Below are positions 1 through 11,423 of a stretch of 64,000 bases of DNA, in pieces. The DNA is taken from positions 611,643-675,642 of the forward strand of contig NW_002060964.1 of NCBI RefSeq assembly GCF_000150275.1, in the 5' to 3' direction. The DNA is from Trichoplax adhaerens. Its lineage: Eukaryota; Animalia; Placozoa. The notes beneath the pieces were generated by a model that made no database searches, was not told the origin of the DNA, and saw only the letters and a list, made by a program, of their open reading frames with translations. Every line of letters begins with the position of its first letter. Within the stretch, counting starts at the first letter, position 1. The translations under genes and the position numbers were made by a program.

Positions 1-3000
1 TCTCTTGAGCATTGAGCATTCTACTCTCCACTTCAATTTAATAATAGCGATAGTTGATTTTTGTTAGCACGTTTCTAGCTGGATTTAAGATCAGAGTCTA
101 GCATAAAACGAGAATCGTGTCAAGCTTAGAATGGGATCCAAATAGTAATGTAGGCGACCATTTTCCTCTTCTAATTCTCTATCTTGGATGGGGAATGGAG
201 CGGCTATAGTAGCAATAAAAACCAGTAATGGCTACCATGGCGACTATGACCAGGGCGTTGGCCAGTAATTACCTATCTGAGTATAAATCTGCGGTACTTT
301 GCTTTCAGTACGTAGTAGATTTAAATATTGGTTGCATTATTATTCAGTTTATTTAAAGTTTGTATGCAAGCAATGGTGATTGATATAAATAGAAGTGATA
401 GCTGTAGTTTCAAATGCAGCTATCGAATCTTCAACAGATTCTATGGATTGCATCTATTGCTATACCTTGACTCACATATCATAAAGACACGACATAGTAC
501 GCTTGGCTAAATCATTTCTTCCTGGAAAATCAATACTAGATCTCGATCAGGATTGGACGCGCATCTGCAAGTTTATTCATTATCATTGGCATTATATCTT
601 GATTGATAATATGTGATAATTTTTATTAATTTGTGCCTTTCTTTGCTAGGGGCGGAGGCGGAGGGGAGACTACTTTGCATTCTAGAATGGCCGCACCTTA
701 CCTACAAAAAATAAGGGATGCTTCTAACTGGAGCATTTTAATTTTCTGAGATATTTTCACAGTCACTACAACCTGTAGCTTTTCTATAACTGACAAAGAA
801 AGCTGTAGTTTATAGCTAGTATCGACAAAATCGTAAGCAACTAGCGTCTACATCATAGAGAATACGAACAAATTATATATTTAATTGCACGACAACTGGA
901 TCCAGGAAACCGCTAGAATATTTAATTGATATAAATTGAGGAAATATAGCGCTATTAAAATATTATTTTCAATTTTTCCATCTTAATAGCATCAAGATCG
1001 ATTATTTCAGTCAATTTATTGATATTACTAATTTAGTTACATATAGGCCACTCTAATTGGGCTAACAATAAATTTAAAAAGGAAACACATTTAAAATTCT
1101 TTAAAATAAGTAGCCTTTTCTATCCAATTCTTTTACATTACGTGAAATAGGGGTGTCCAAGGTTTGTAACGTGCAATAATGCCATTACGTATAAGTAATT
1201 CTTTAAGGTATTAAACTGCTAAGATCCCTAAATGCAATAATTTATCTTAAAGTATTTATTTACAAGCGAATTAGAATAATTATTATTCTTGACAAAATTT
1301 GTTAAATAATCGTTCTATTTAATGCTAGTGTCGTCATCAGTTTACTTACCAGCTTATCATTTATTTCTACTAACATTATTCATCAGAACTGTTTCATTGA
1401 TTAATGGCAACCTGATATTCATTTGCACCGTGCAAGTTCAAAGAGTTCTTTATTAAAACAAGGGGTCGATTAATCCATCTAATCTGTAAATATTCCTATA
1501 ATGTTACTTCAATATGCTGGAACTATTATTGATATTGGATTTCTTTAATCATACACGTAAGATGCCATATGGTTTAATTTCATGAATTTGTACCAGTAAT
1601 TAACCTTTAACATTAGTCTTACGATACCAGAAATAGAACTGCTGTGCTTGATATCTTCTGAAGCCAGATATGTCTAATCATAGCCAATAAATAAATAAAA
1701 ATAGAAAGCCTTCATTGCTATAGCTTTCAGTTAAACTGCTTGATCTTGCTATCATACATTTAGAAAGTCCTCATGTTTTTATACACAACTTAAGCATTAC
1801 CTACTGTAACGTGGTATATAAATTATTTATTATTAAGACACTAATCTATACGCTTTTGCAATCAACTCGTAATTTATAACCTGTAAGCTAAGTGCTACGT
1901 TATAACAGGGTTCAATATTTATGTAAATCTCAACGATACTCGAATGACTATAACCAGTGCAGTAATTTGCAGAATTTGCAATTTAAAAATTGGAAATACA
2001 ATTTCAATATTGGTTAAGTAATTTTTCGTAACGATAACTACTCTCTCCAATTTCAAGTGAAATTGCACGAAGACGAATTGATTGGATACCTAGCAGAAAT
2101 TAAAGCACTTTTTATGTCTCAGATTCTCGGTGATGTGTATTTTGTTAATTAATAAAGTTAACAAGGAACATCTCTCTTAAATATGTACAGTCAGGGAAAT
2201 TTAATGTTTCCACCAATGTAGCTGCACGTTGTTGCAGTGGCTCCAATATACACTATACAGTAATATAAATATTCGAAATATAGTAAATTAATATCGTTGT
2301 AGAATGGAGTACAGGATTAACTGTTTGACAAATTCAAGTGCTAATTATTTGGCGTAAGTCCTATCTCAATGTCTGAAAATTATTTTCAAGTATGGAAATA
2401 GAATGAATGACTCCATTACACTGCTATATTGTAACTATTTTTGTCTGACTTGCCGCAGATGTATTAGTACATTTTAAATAGAATTTAATATCGGAACCTG
2501 AAGCATATTTTCACACTTTGTCATTGTTATGCTGATGTCAAAGCCAGATGGTAACTCCGACCGCTTCTTAGGTCGTAAACAAGAACTGATGAGACGATGT
2601 TTGTGTTAGTAAGGATTTGTCTCGATCAACAATTCAGATTTAGTCTAAACATGCTGCAGAAGTGTTAGTGCCTATGCATTCATTAGCATGTCTTTAATGT
2701 TGAGAACTAGTAAATTGAATAAAAATACTGGTATAAGAATATATGTCAAAGCATTCACGATGGTGTTATTCTATATTTTTCCTTATTAAAATTTCTAGTA
2801 GTAAACTAAACTAGAGTACATACAATTTCATCGCCATTCAATTTAATCATGATACAAGATTGCCGCCTATTAACACCCATAATCATATTATAAACAGATT
2901 GTTTGATCCTTTTGCGGGTGTTAAAAAAAAAATTTTCTTTGAAAAAATAAGATCATTTTCTGAGAAAGATGGAAGCATCCATTTCAAGAGATACACCACG

Positions 3001-4850
3001 CATTTCATTTATATTTAATTTAAATTTTATTTTGATTGAGTTGAAGAAAAATCAGAATCTTTTTTTGACTTTGCACTGCATTGAATAATGTACGCGTATA
3101 CGACAAAAAACATTTAATGTAAGTTTTTTTCATAGATTTATAAAAACATCCAGTTTATGGGGATTCCATTTTCGAATGGAGAATAAGTCATGGCAGGGGG
3201 ACTGATTACTGACGTAGCAATAATTTATGGCAGCCGATAATGATTTGGCTATAAGTAGAAATAACATACAGCAAAAAGCAATATTACTTAAATACAGTGC
3301 TATTATACAAATACATGAAACAGGAATTAAATTTTTGTTGGCAATTATAATCAGATAACATTTTGAATACACTGCAAAGGAAAAAAATTGTGAAATAATA
3401 AAGCAAAGACTTCCGTATAACATACGAGTAGACATCGGTAAATATAACAAATAATAAACCATTCAATAACAATGCAGTCCATTAGTCGAAATTTATAAGC
3501 GGAACATAAATTTTAAAATGTTAAATACAGTATATCATTAAGAATGTTTATAAGGTCCATCCTTCATAATTATTCTTATTTGCATAAGACAGTATTTTCC
3601 TGCCCGAATAACAATTATAAATGAAAATTTTATGTACTTATCTAGAGGTCATACTTGAACATAGGGAAAGAAATAATCTCAGAGTCAATCATTCATTATA
3701 ATCGTGAGAGACAATAATCCATTGATATCATGCGAACCAAGTGCAAAGTCCTATCTTGACACTTGCAACCCACATAGGGTGCACAGATTTTGTTTATTAA
3801 TCAGATGAAGCGATATTATCAATCAATTATGCCATAAGCTGAAAGGAAGTCATTATTCCGATATCTATTTTCTTAACTATGTATTAATCTATCATATGGA
3901 TTTAATGAATCAAAATCACGATGACAATAACCAGGAAACAACTCATTTGCATCATTAGAATTCGTTTAGATTAACATTTAGTACTGATAAGTAACACGAT
4001 TCGAAATTAGGAAAGAGCTCGTAGATTAGCAAAAAAGTTACAGTATAGAATATTTATTGAACCAATTCTATCAGGCTAGTCATCAATGTCATTGCACCTG
4101 ATTTGGTTTTAATATTGTTATTTCCAAAGCGCATAAAAAAGCATGCAGAAGGGATCAAATTAATTTGATTTTACACACTAACAAATGAATTACTCGCATA
4201 CAATTTTTATTGCATAATGTAAGATTGATATGCTAGTATATAGAAAAAAATCTAGGTGTACATTGCATGCTATTATTAATACTTCATACCATTGAAATTG
4301 TTTGAGAAAAAGTGATTGAACCCAGATATGTTAGTAAAATGAAAATTTTTAGTGTTTAAGCATAAACAGAAACATTTATAAATAGTCCTTATATATACGT
4401 TACGATCAAAAGTCTAGAAATAAACAGACTGAGATTGACATTAATCGGAAATTAAAATTTAACTTTCGCCATTACAAGATTGAGCTTCTCTCATGTAATA
4501 GGATTACAGAATTTCTTTCCTTTTTGTGTAGTGTACAATGTACAGTATAATATATAAGCTTGTTGTATATTTTTAAGCAAAGATAGATAATATCCAAAGA
4601 ATACGGATAAAGTCAACGATAGATTTGCAGTTGTTAGACACGAAACAGCGTAATTGTTAAGCAAATAACAGGATGGACCATATAATAACTCGTATATGGA
4701 TAATAATAATAGTAGAAAGAAGGCAGGTGTAATGACCAAGTCTCATTTCTGCCAACCTTAGCAGCAAATAACGGTACCTCTAAACTGTGCAACTTCGTAA
4801 TCTTGCCAACAATCTTGTTTTAAGTAAATTAGTGAAAGGGTACATGAACG

Positions 4851-5387
4851 CTATCTTGTACCATCATTGCTTTCTTCACTAATGGAAGAATGATAGTAAG
4901 TGGTAGTAGTCGTTGAAGAAGTACCTGCCCACCACTGTCTCAATCTTGAAGCAGGAGATTCACCAGAGGATGATGACCTGGTTACTTTAAAATCGACCAG
5001 AAATCGATCGCTAATCGATTGCAACTCTCTTCCAATTTCTATTTCGGTTGCGAGGGAATGACGCCGCGGCCTCACTTCTTCAATTTGATTCTCTGCTGGT
5101 TCATCATCATCATTTAGTGCCATTGCTGATGAGACGCAAGCCATATTCTGAATAATTGGTACAGATTGAGGTCTACGAATTAAGGAGGTTTTCTTTCTCA
5201 GTGATAGACGCTCAGAAGATTGCCGAAATGAAAATGTCATCTTTTCTTCTCTATCATCATCATCATCATCATCATATAAATCGATTTCGAAACGGTTTCG
5301 TCGAATTGATGGAACATCAATTGGATCTGATTGAGGCAATTTTTTGCTGCCATATTTATCTAATGAAAATTGCTGATCGTTTGCCAT
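4851..5387 (-). CDS. Candidate BH3-only pro-apoptotic Bcl-2-family protein (BAD/BMF-like), 178 aa, single coding exon
   Basis: Uninterrupted ORF with ataATGG start context and an in-frame upstream stop. Residues 118-129 IGRELQSISDRF fit the BH3 pattern (Phi-s-x-x-L-x-x-Phi-s-D-x-Phi; cf. BAD YGRELRRMSDEF, BMF IARKLQCIADQF). Also carries RRPQSVP and RPRRHS phospho/14-3-3-type motifs and a C-terminal RLRQWW (cf. BAD FQSWW). The rest is low-complexity, with no BH1/BH2 and no TM segment. Confidence 0.72.
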   Translation of the reverse strand: MANDQQFSLDKYGSKKLPQSDPIDVPSIRRNRFEIDLYDDDDDDDREEKMTFSFRQSSERLSLRKKTSLIRRPQSVPIIQNMACVSSAMALNDDDEPAENQIEEVRPRRHSLATEIEIGRELQSISDRFLVDFKVTRSSSSGESPASRLRQWWAGTSSTTTTTYYHSSISEESNDGTR

Positions 5388-8300
5388 TATGATATGAAAT
5401 GTAGTTTAACATAGAATGCAAAGCAAGAAATTTTACACTGCCTGGCAAATTGTATCCAATTTTTAACGTAGACTGCAAAGTACAGAACTTGTTGTATTGG
5501 AAGTAATTTGTTCCAATGCTACAGATGGTATTCCGTAGTCTCTAGTTTGTGCTGTAATTTCCCAAATCGAAACAATACTAGTATTGTCGTTGATTACTGG
5601 ATTAAATTGTAGTGCGATTTGCTAACTTTAAAATTCTCCAGGCAAAATGATCTTTTCAATAGCAACCGATGCGCTATCTTTTTAATGATACTCGTTGCAC
5701 GGAAAAATAAACCCTATATAGTCCCAAGGTTGTAATCCGGCTTTCGAGAAACTTATTATACAGCTTCTATGATTGTTTACCTATTTGGATAGAAGGAAGT
5801 TATTGATGAGTACTTTTACGATATGAATAATTGAGCAACATTTTCAATTAAAGAATAAGCGAGAAATTGTTCAAATTCTACAAGTACGTACTGCAATCTG
5901 CTAATCGTATCCAATCGAGTCGAATGTAATAACAGTTACTGCATTCAATGCGTTTCTGGAAAGTTGGATGGTTTTATTCGCTACCTAGCTTGAATCACAG
6001 TAGATAAGAATAACAAGACGGAGATAAAAGGTGGAAAAATTGCTTGATCGTTTGAAAAGAAGGTGGTTGTGGACGCCTAATCAATAAAAAGATGATAAAT
6101 GATCGTCAGTGATGGACAGATGATGACATATAGGATCAAAAAACAAAGGTTTTCTCCAGTTAAATTCGGTTGGCAAAGTAAGTTTGTTGACGCAATTTTT
6201 GTATCGTAATTCGGCACTGCTTTAGCGTTATCGAATCGTTTCAACGTATTTACTCACTTCTACTGTATTTGTTGCTTATTGCAATGGTTATTTTTCCTTA
6301 TTCAGCCTTCCATAGGAAGATCAATAACGTACGTATTTATTAGTTCTACTGTAGTCTGGAATTGGTGGTAGAGCACGTTACACGAAATGGAATCTGTAAG
6401 TTGCTATTCATGAACACCACGTTATAAAGATGATGGAACGACCCTGTATCAGGCAATGATGGATGTTGCAAGATGGCTGCACCCGGAAGAGTTTGTTGAT
6501 TCATTTAATTTTAAATACGAGGATATATTTACAGTAAAATCCTTTTTTATGACTACACGAATGTCTATGCCGGCCTTGGTGTTTACAAAATAACTCTACT
6601 TGGCTCTCTGGCCAATATACTGTAGAATCTATACAGTGTTTGTACAGTGCAATGTACAGCCTGTTTCTGTCCAATTTTTTTTCTTGTAACTTTGCCATAT
6701 TATAGGCGTGACAATTCTTGGTAAAGGGCATAGCGTTCAATATATCGAGAACCTTGGGTTCAATCTTGATGGACATGTCCACGAGAGTGGATATGTAACT
6801 CTATAACGATCCTATAGCAGTTTATGAACTCGGTGATGGTTTAGGAAATTGTTGTTTACATGATGTCATGGTGAGTCATAAGATTGATGATGGCGATAAT
6901 CGCCATTATTAGCGTGATTGCAAAAGAGATCAAATGGATAGGATTGAAATCATGGTATCCTAACTTTGATTTCAACTGTCGTCATTGATCCCCTTATTTT
7001 ATATTTTTGAAATCATTACGCTATGAATATTGATAAGGTGATTGTTGCGCGATGATTTTGAGCATTTAAACAAGAAATGAAATACATGAAAAATGAAGAA
7101 ATAGCCATTTGTAAAGCGAACTCACTCCATTTCTTGAATCCCTTTAAGGAAATGTTATGATGGTGAGCTAGCTTGTTTGAACAACTACTTCCAATAAGAC
7201 ATTACTCTCATGACAGTCGTCCTGCTTTAGCCCATTACCTATCATTTTAACTCGTGTTTTTTAATTGGCCGCCCGACCAATAATAACGCCAAGCTAGTGA
7301 AATGTACCGTATCATCAGTTTAATTCATGCCGGTCTCAAGATGAATGTGCTAAAATGATGATTTTAAAAATGACTCCATTCTAGTAAGAGTACGTTCGTC
7401 TATGTATAGCTTACCTTGTAAAAGATACCTGATGAGCACAAGTGTGGTTGAAAATCGGATAGGAATGGCAGTCAATTAATTAAATAGAGATTCTTTGCTG
7501 GAGGTTTGCACTGTTTTTAAAGATGATTCGCCCACGCTCTTTTGGCTTGGTGTCGAATATCGTTTATTAATCAGTGAATCTTTTGGTGAATTTTTATTTG
7601 ATCCAAGCTATTGCTTGATGTTAATCTTGAGGGATTATCGTTCTGTATTTCAACATGTAATTGTTAATTTCGATTCGCGATGATCGTTTCAGCCGTCTTT
7701 TGAATGGCTTCTTTACAAGAGCACCCATGTATCAAGGTCTTGTCAAAATGGGTTTACTGTGATCTTCCTTTTACCCTCTTCTAGTCTATTTCTATTTCTA
7801 TTTCTTGTCGGAAATTTCAACAGCGATGCCAGAAATGATTGCCAGCTCCAATTAGTCAAGTGTAATTCTTCTTTGTGTTTCAAAGCGTCGTCGAGGTTGG
7901 ATCGATGACTTTGCAATGGATGATTGCAATTTGCAAAGTAGAACAGTTTAGTTTGCAATGACCAAGGTGATAGGATGGCGTCTAGTATTGTCCAAGCAGA
8001 ACAAATTGAATGTGTCCCTGCTGGTCTTCTCTCTATTAAATACTGATGATTCTTCTGGTCTATTCTAAGTCTAACTGGATTACATAATCGTTCCTTTATA
8101 TAGTTACTTGTCTGCAGTTGCTCGATTCTTCAATACAAATCAAATAAACAACATGAATGCCACAAAAAGTCTTTGCAACGTTTTGGTGACGTTTTTCAAT
8201 TGGGTTTTGCTTATACAAGACTCGGCCTTGACCAACACCATGGTTACAGTAGAGTATTGTGTAACTGATGACATGAAACAGTATCTTGGACTTTCACAAC

Positions 8301-8956
8301 GACCAGAAAAGTCTGCAACTGGAATTAATATGCAGATTGGTCCAATCTTCATGCTCGTCTAGTGGCACGATATGTGATCCAACATGCATAGAAGCAGCTG
8401 GAAAAGCTCTCGCTCTTCCAATATTCATAACGAGATGCACGCTGTCGGTTGGCCAAGTATCATTCTGCAGCAGCATTTCTGCCAACAGTGCAGCAAATAC
8501 CTGCATAAGTTGCCAACAAAAACCGATGAGAGGATGACAATGCGATGGTATATTATTTTACAAGATAGGCATGAGTGATGGCTATGTCATCATTGCATGG
8601 TCAATAGTGGTCATCATTACATGGCCATGCAGAATAGCTCCATGTTACAGATAGGAAGATGGTAGTCATCGAGGATTCAATCCAGGGATGTTGTGATTGA
8701 ATGATGAGGAGTCAGAATTGTTAATACAACTCGATATTGCAACGATTGGAAATGATCGATCATGCTGTTTCTAAAGTAAGGACAATTGATAAAAGTCTAG
8801 GTAATGAAATGTCACCTGTGCCAGTTAACCTTTCTACTGGTGGAAATTAATTATTCATGATCATTGATTATAATTCATTCCACAATAATGCTGGTATAAG
8901 CAGAATACAGTCATTCATCAATACTTGTACATATCGAATTGTACTTCACTTTCATC

Positions 8957-9328
8957 ATTGCCTATGTCAGCAAAATCTCATTTTATGATGATCAGCATTA
9001 TTTGTATTGAATAGGAAAGCTGTGCTCGTCGAAAGCACACTGTTGATGCTTTGTATCGACGCGTCTATACAGTAATTCATTCTAACGATTGCCTATGTCA
9101 GCAAAATCTCATTTTATGATGATCAGCATTATTTGTATTGAATAGGAAAGCTGTGCTCGTCGAAAGCACACTGTTGATACTTGGTATCGACGCGTTTATA
9201 CAGTAATTGCAATTCATTTTAATGATTGCCTATGTTAGCAAAATCTCATTTTATGATGATCAGCATTATTTGTATTGAATAGGAAAAGGTGTACTCGTCA
9301 AAAACACACTCATGATACTTTGTATCGA
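8957..9328. repeat. Tandem repeat, ~131-137-bp unit, 2 full copies plus 1 partial diverged copy
   Basis: The unit attgcctatgtcagcaaaatctcattttatgatgatcagc...tgtatcga starts at 8957, 9088 and 9225. Confidence 0.95.
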
Positions 9329-9874
9329 TCACAATCATCACTGTACATTGTATAACAACAATTGGAAAGAGCAAATGTCAAAATGCCTTGCCAACCGATG
9401 CAATCGTGTCCATGTCAACAAGTTCATTAGAGCATTGATTTGCACCGGCTCTCCATGGTCCCACACAAGCACTCATGCGACAACGAAGCAAAATATCACC
9501 AATGGCACAATACACCCAGTGGATGCATCATCGATTTCATTCCCATTGAATATGGAATAAGAAGAATTGGAGTGGAATACTCAATTGCATCGCAGTTAAA
9601 ACATGCCAAAGCATGCAAGAGTTGTAGCTTGACAATGGCGACGATGATTAGGATAGCGAGTTGCAACATGTTTATTCATGATTTATCGTGCAATAAACTT
9701 GTTCAAGTTGGACTTTATCCGTACGTCTGTAACGATCGTGAATCGCACCATACAGTATAGTGTACACTAGACAGTGTCAAGATTCCTCATTTCATTCCAT
9801 AGTGTGAGTAATAGAAATCAACTGCCCATGAAACACCTCCCCAATTGCAAATCATTCAATCTTGAATCATAAAT

Positions 9875-10116
9875 ATTGATATTAATTATAAACTTTCCTA
9901 TGCAAGATGTGTCTACGTATTTAAAACCTTCAATTTTCCATCCATTGGATCAAAGTTGATTTCAAAATTACACTATCGAATGAAAGGGATCCCGCAGTAT
10001 GATAGCGATTAAAGATTGATAATAATTATACACTTTCCTATGCAAGATGTGTCTACGTATTTAGATTTCAAATTGCACTATCGAATGAAAGGGATCCCGC
10101 AGTACGATAGCGATTA
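9875..10116. repeat. Direct duplication (~137 bp plus a ~102-bp copy carrying an internal ~34-bp deletion)
   Basis: actttcctatgcaagatgtgtctacgtattta...cactatcgaatgaaagggatcccgcagta.gatagcgatta occurs at 9875-10011 and 10015-10116. Confidence 0.93.
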
Positions 10117-11423
10117 GTCTCTCGAAAGTTGTACAACACCTTTTTCTACCTGTGTACATTAGTGTACATGGATGCAGAAAAATAGAGTAGAAAAGTAGAC
10201 CTTCTCATTTGATAGCAGGAACTATCCATGAATAATAAAAGAAGAGAATGAGAGATGACCATTTGGAGTCATTCTTTTAGTAGTTTCTCTTTCCAGTGAA
10301 CAATTATTCTCTGTCTTTTATCCTTGCTTTTAGTCGTATAATTCAGCCATGTTTCAGTTCTAATACTAAAAAGAAAGATTGCGGGGTAAGAAATGGCCGC
10401 ACAATGCTCAGTACAGTAGGCCACGGTAGTTCCGCCAGACGTGGATGCAACTCTACTTCTGCCACAACGCAGAACCAATATACCTGTCAAAACATAAGTC
10501 ATGGACAATGTTTTACACTGCGTCTTTCATTGCCGTTTAGATACTTTAACTCTGAAAAAAATGGAATTAAAAATGAGCGTGCGAATACCGTAGTTTCTAC
10601 CAATATCGAGCATATGAACAGAATTTTCGAAATATACAGATACAATTATTTGGGTTGACTGTGTGTATATAGATGGTAATAAATTTCATTTATACTTTTA
10701 CTCTAATATCTGATACGAAAATAATGTTGTACTGCATTGTACAGCAACATTGATCAAGTGGTCATGGCCATGCAATCCGATGAGTACACTTTTAAACTAA
10801 AACTGAGTTTTTAAACTAACATGGACGACAGACAGTAAAGTCCTAGAAGAAGACATGGTTCATCACTCCCTCGGATGGACGGACTTTTCTACCCAATGAG
10901 ACCGTCAATAGGCCAAAATAACGCCTTCGTATGGATCTTCCGTGTCTGTTTTTCAAATCACAGGCACTAATTTAAAGAGCGTCTACGACATTATACAACT
11001 GTTTTCAAGGAGAACTTTGTAATAGATAAAATGATTTAATGTAATATTCCTTAATTGAGAAAGCATCAGTCAATTCAATATCGACCGACTGCATCCTCAA
11101 GTACTGCCATAACCAAGTGTTTAGCAACTTCAATTCGTTCCTGCCGTATTTGGACGAATGTGTCTGTCCGTCCAAGAGTGATCAGTCCAGGTCATTCTTT
11201 CTGGCAGTCCACGACAGTACAGTACTGTATACTGTACTGCACTGTACTTAGTACTGTACTCACATGCAAACCAGAAACTGTTGTCAAACTCTAGTTTTGA
11301 ATGAAGGCTAAGCAGGATAACTGATGAAGGAATAAATATCATCGTCTCTATCCAAAGTAAAATCAGCACATACCATGTAGAAATGATTCCATTCTATCAT
11401 ACTAACCCTTTAGCCTATCAATC

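Noticed and set aside
94-270. Short minus-strand ORF (gccATGG; MVAITGFIATIAAPFPIQDRELEEENG...) with a hydrophobic start, and GC-box-like ggggcggaggcggagggg at ~648-666
   Set aside because: Under 50 aa, no recognisable family, no consistent splice chain, and at the window edge.
2586-2630. CTGATGAG...GTCTCGA hammerhead-like core (also CTGATGAGCAC...GAAA at ~7430)
   Set aside because: The first lacks GAAA after stem II; the second lacks a proper stem II closing pair and stems I/III.
5156-5392. Plus-strand 78-aa ORF with poly-His
   Set aside because: Antisense shadow of the (GAT)n poly-Asp tract of the BH3-like gene.
5773-6490. FOXO-like TTGTTTAC (5773) and YY1/ETS-like CAAGATGGCTGC-ACCCGGAAG (~6469-6489) upstream of the BH3-like gene
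   Set aside because: Short motifs expected by chance in AT-rich DNA, and the TSS is unknown.
7400-8580. Several overlapping 60-85-aa ORFs and a strong minus-strand donor at ~7415
   Set aside because: No coherent protein or exon chain. It may be non-coding 5' exon sequence, but this cannot be supported.
8957-9328. CRISPR-like or C/D snoRNA interpretation of the tandem repeat
   Set aside because: Eukaryotic context with no unique spacers; box C-like ATGATGA is present but there is no canonical CTGA box D with a terminal stem.
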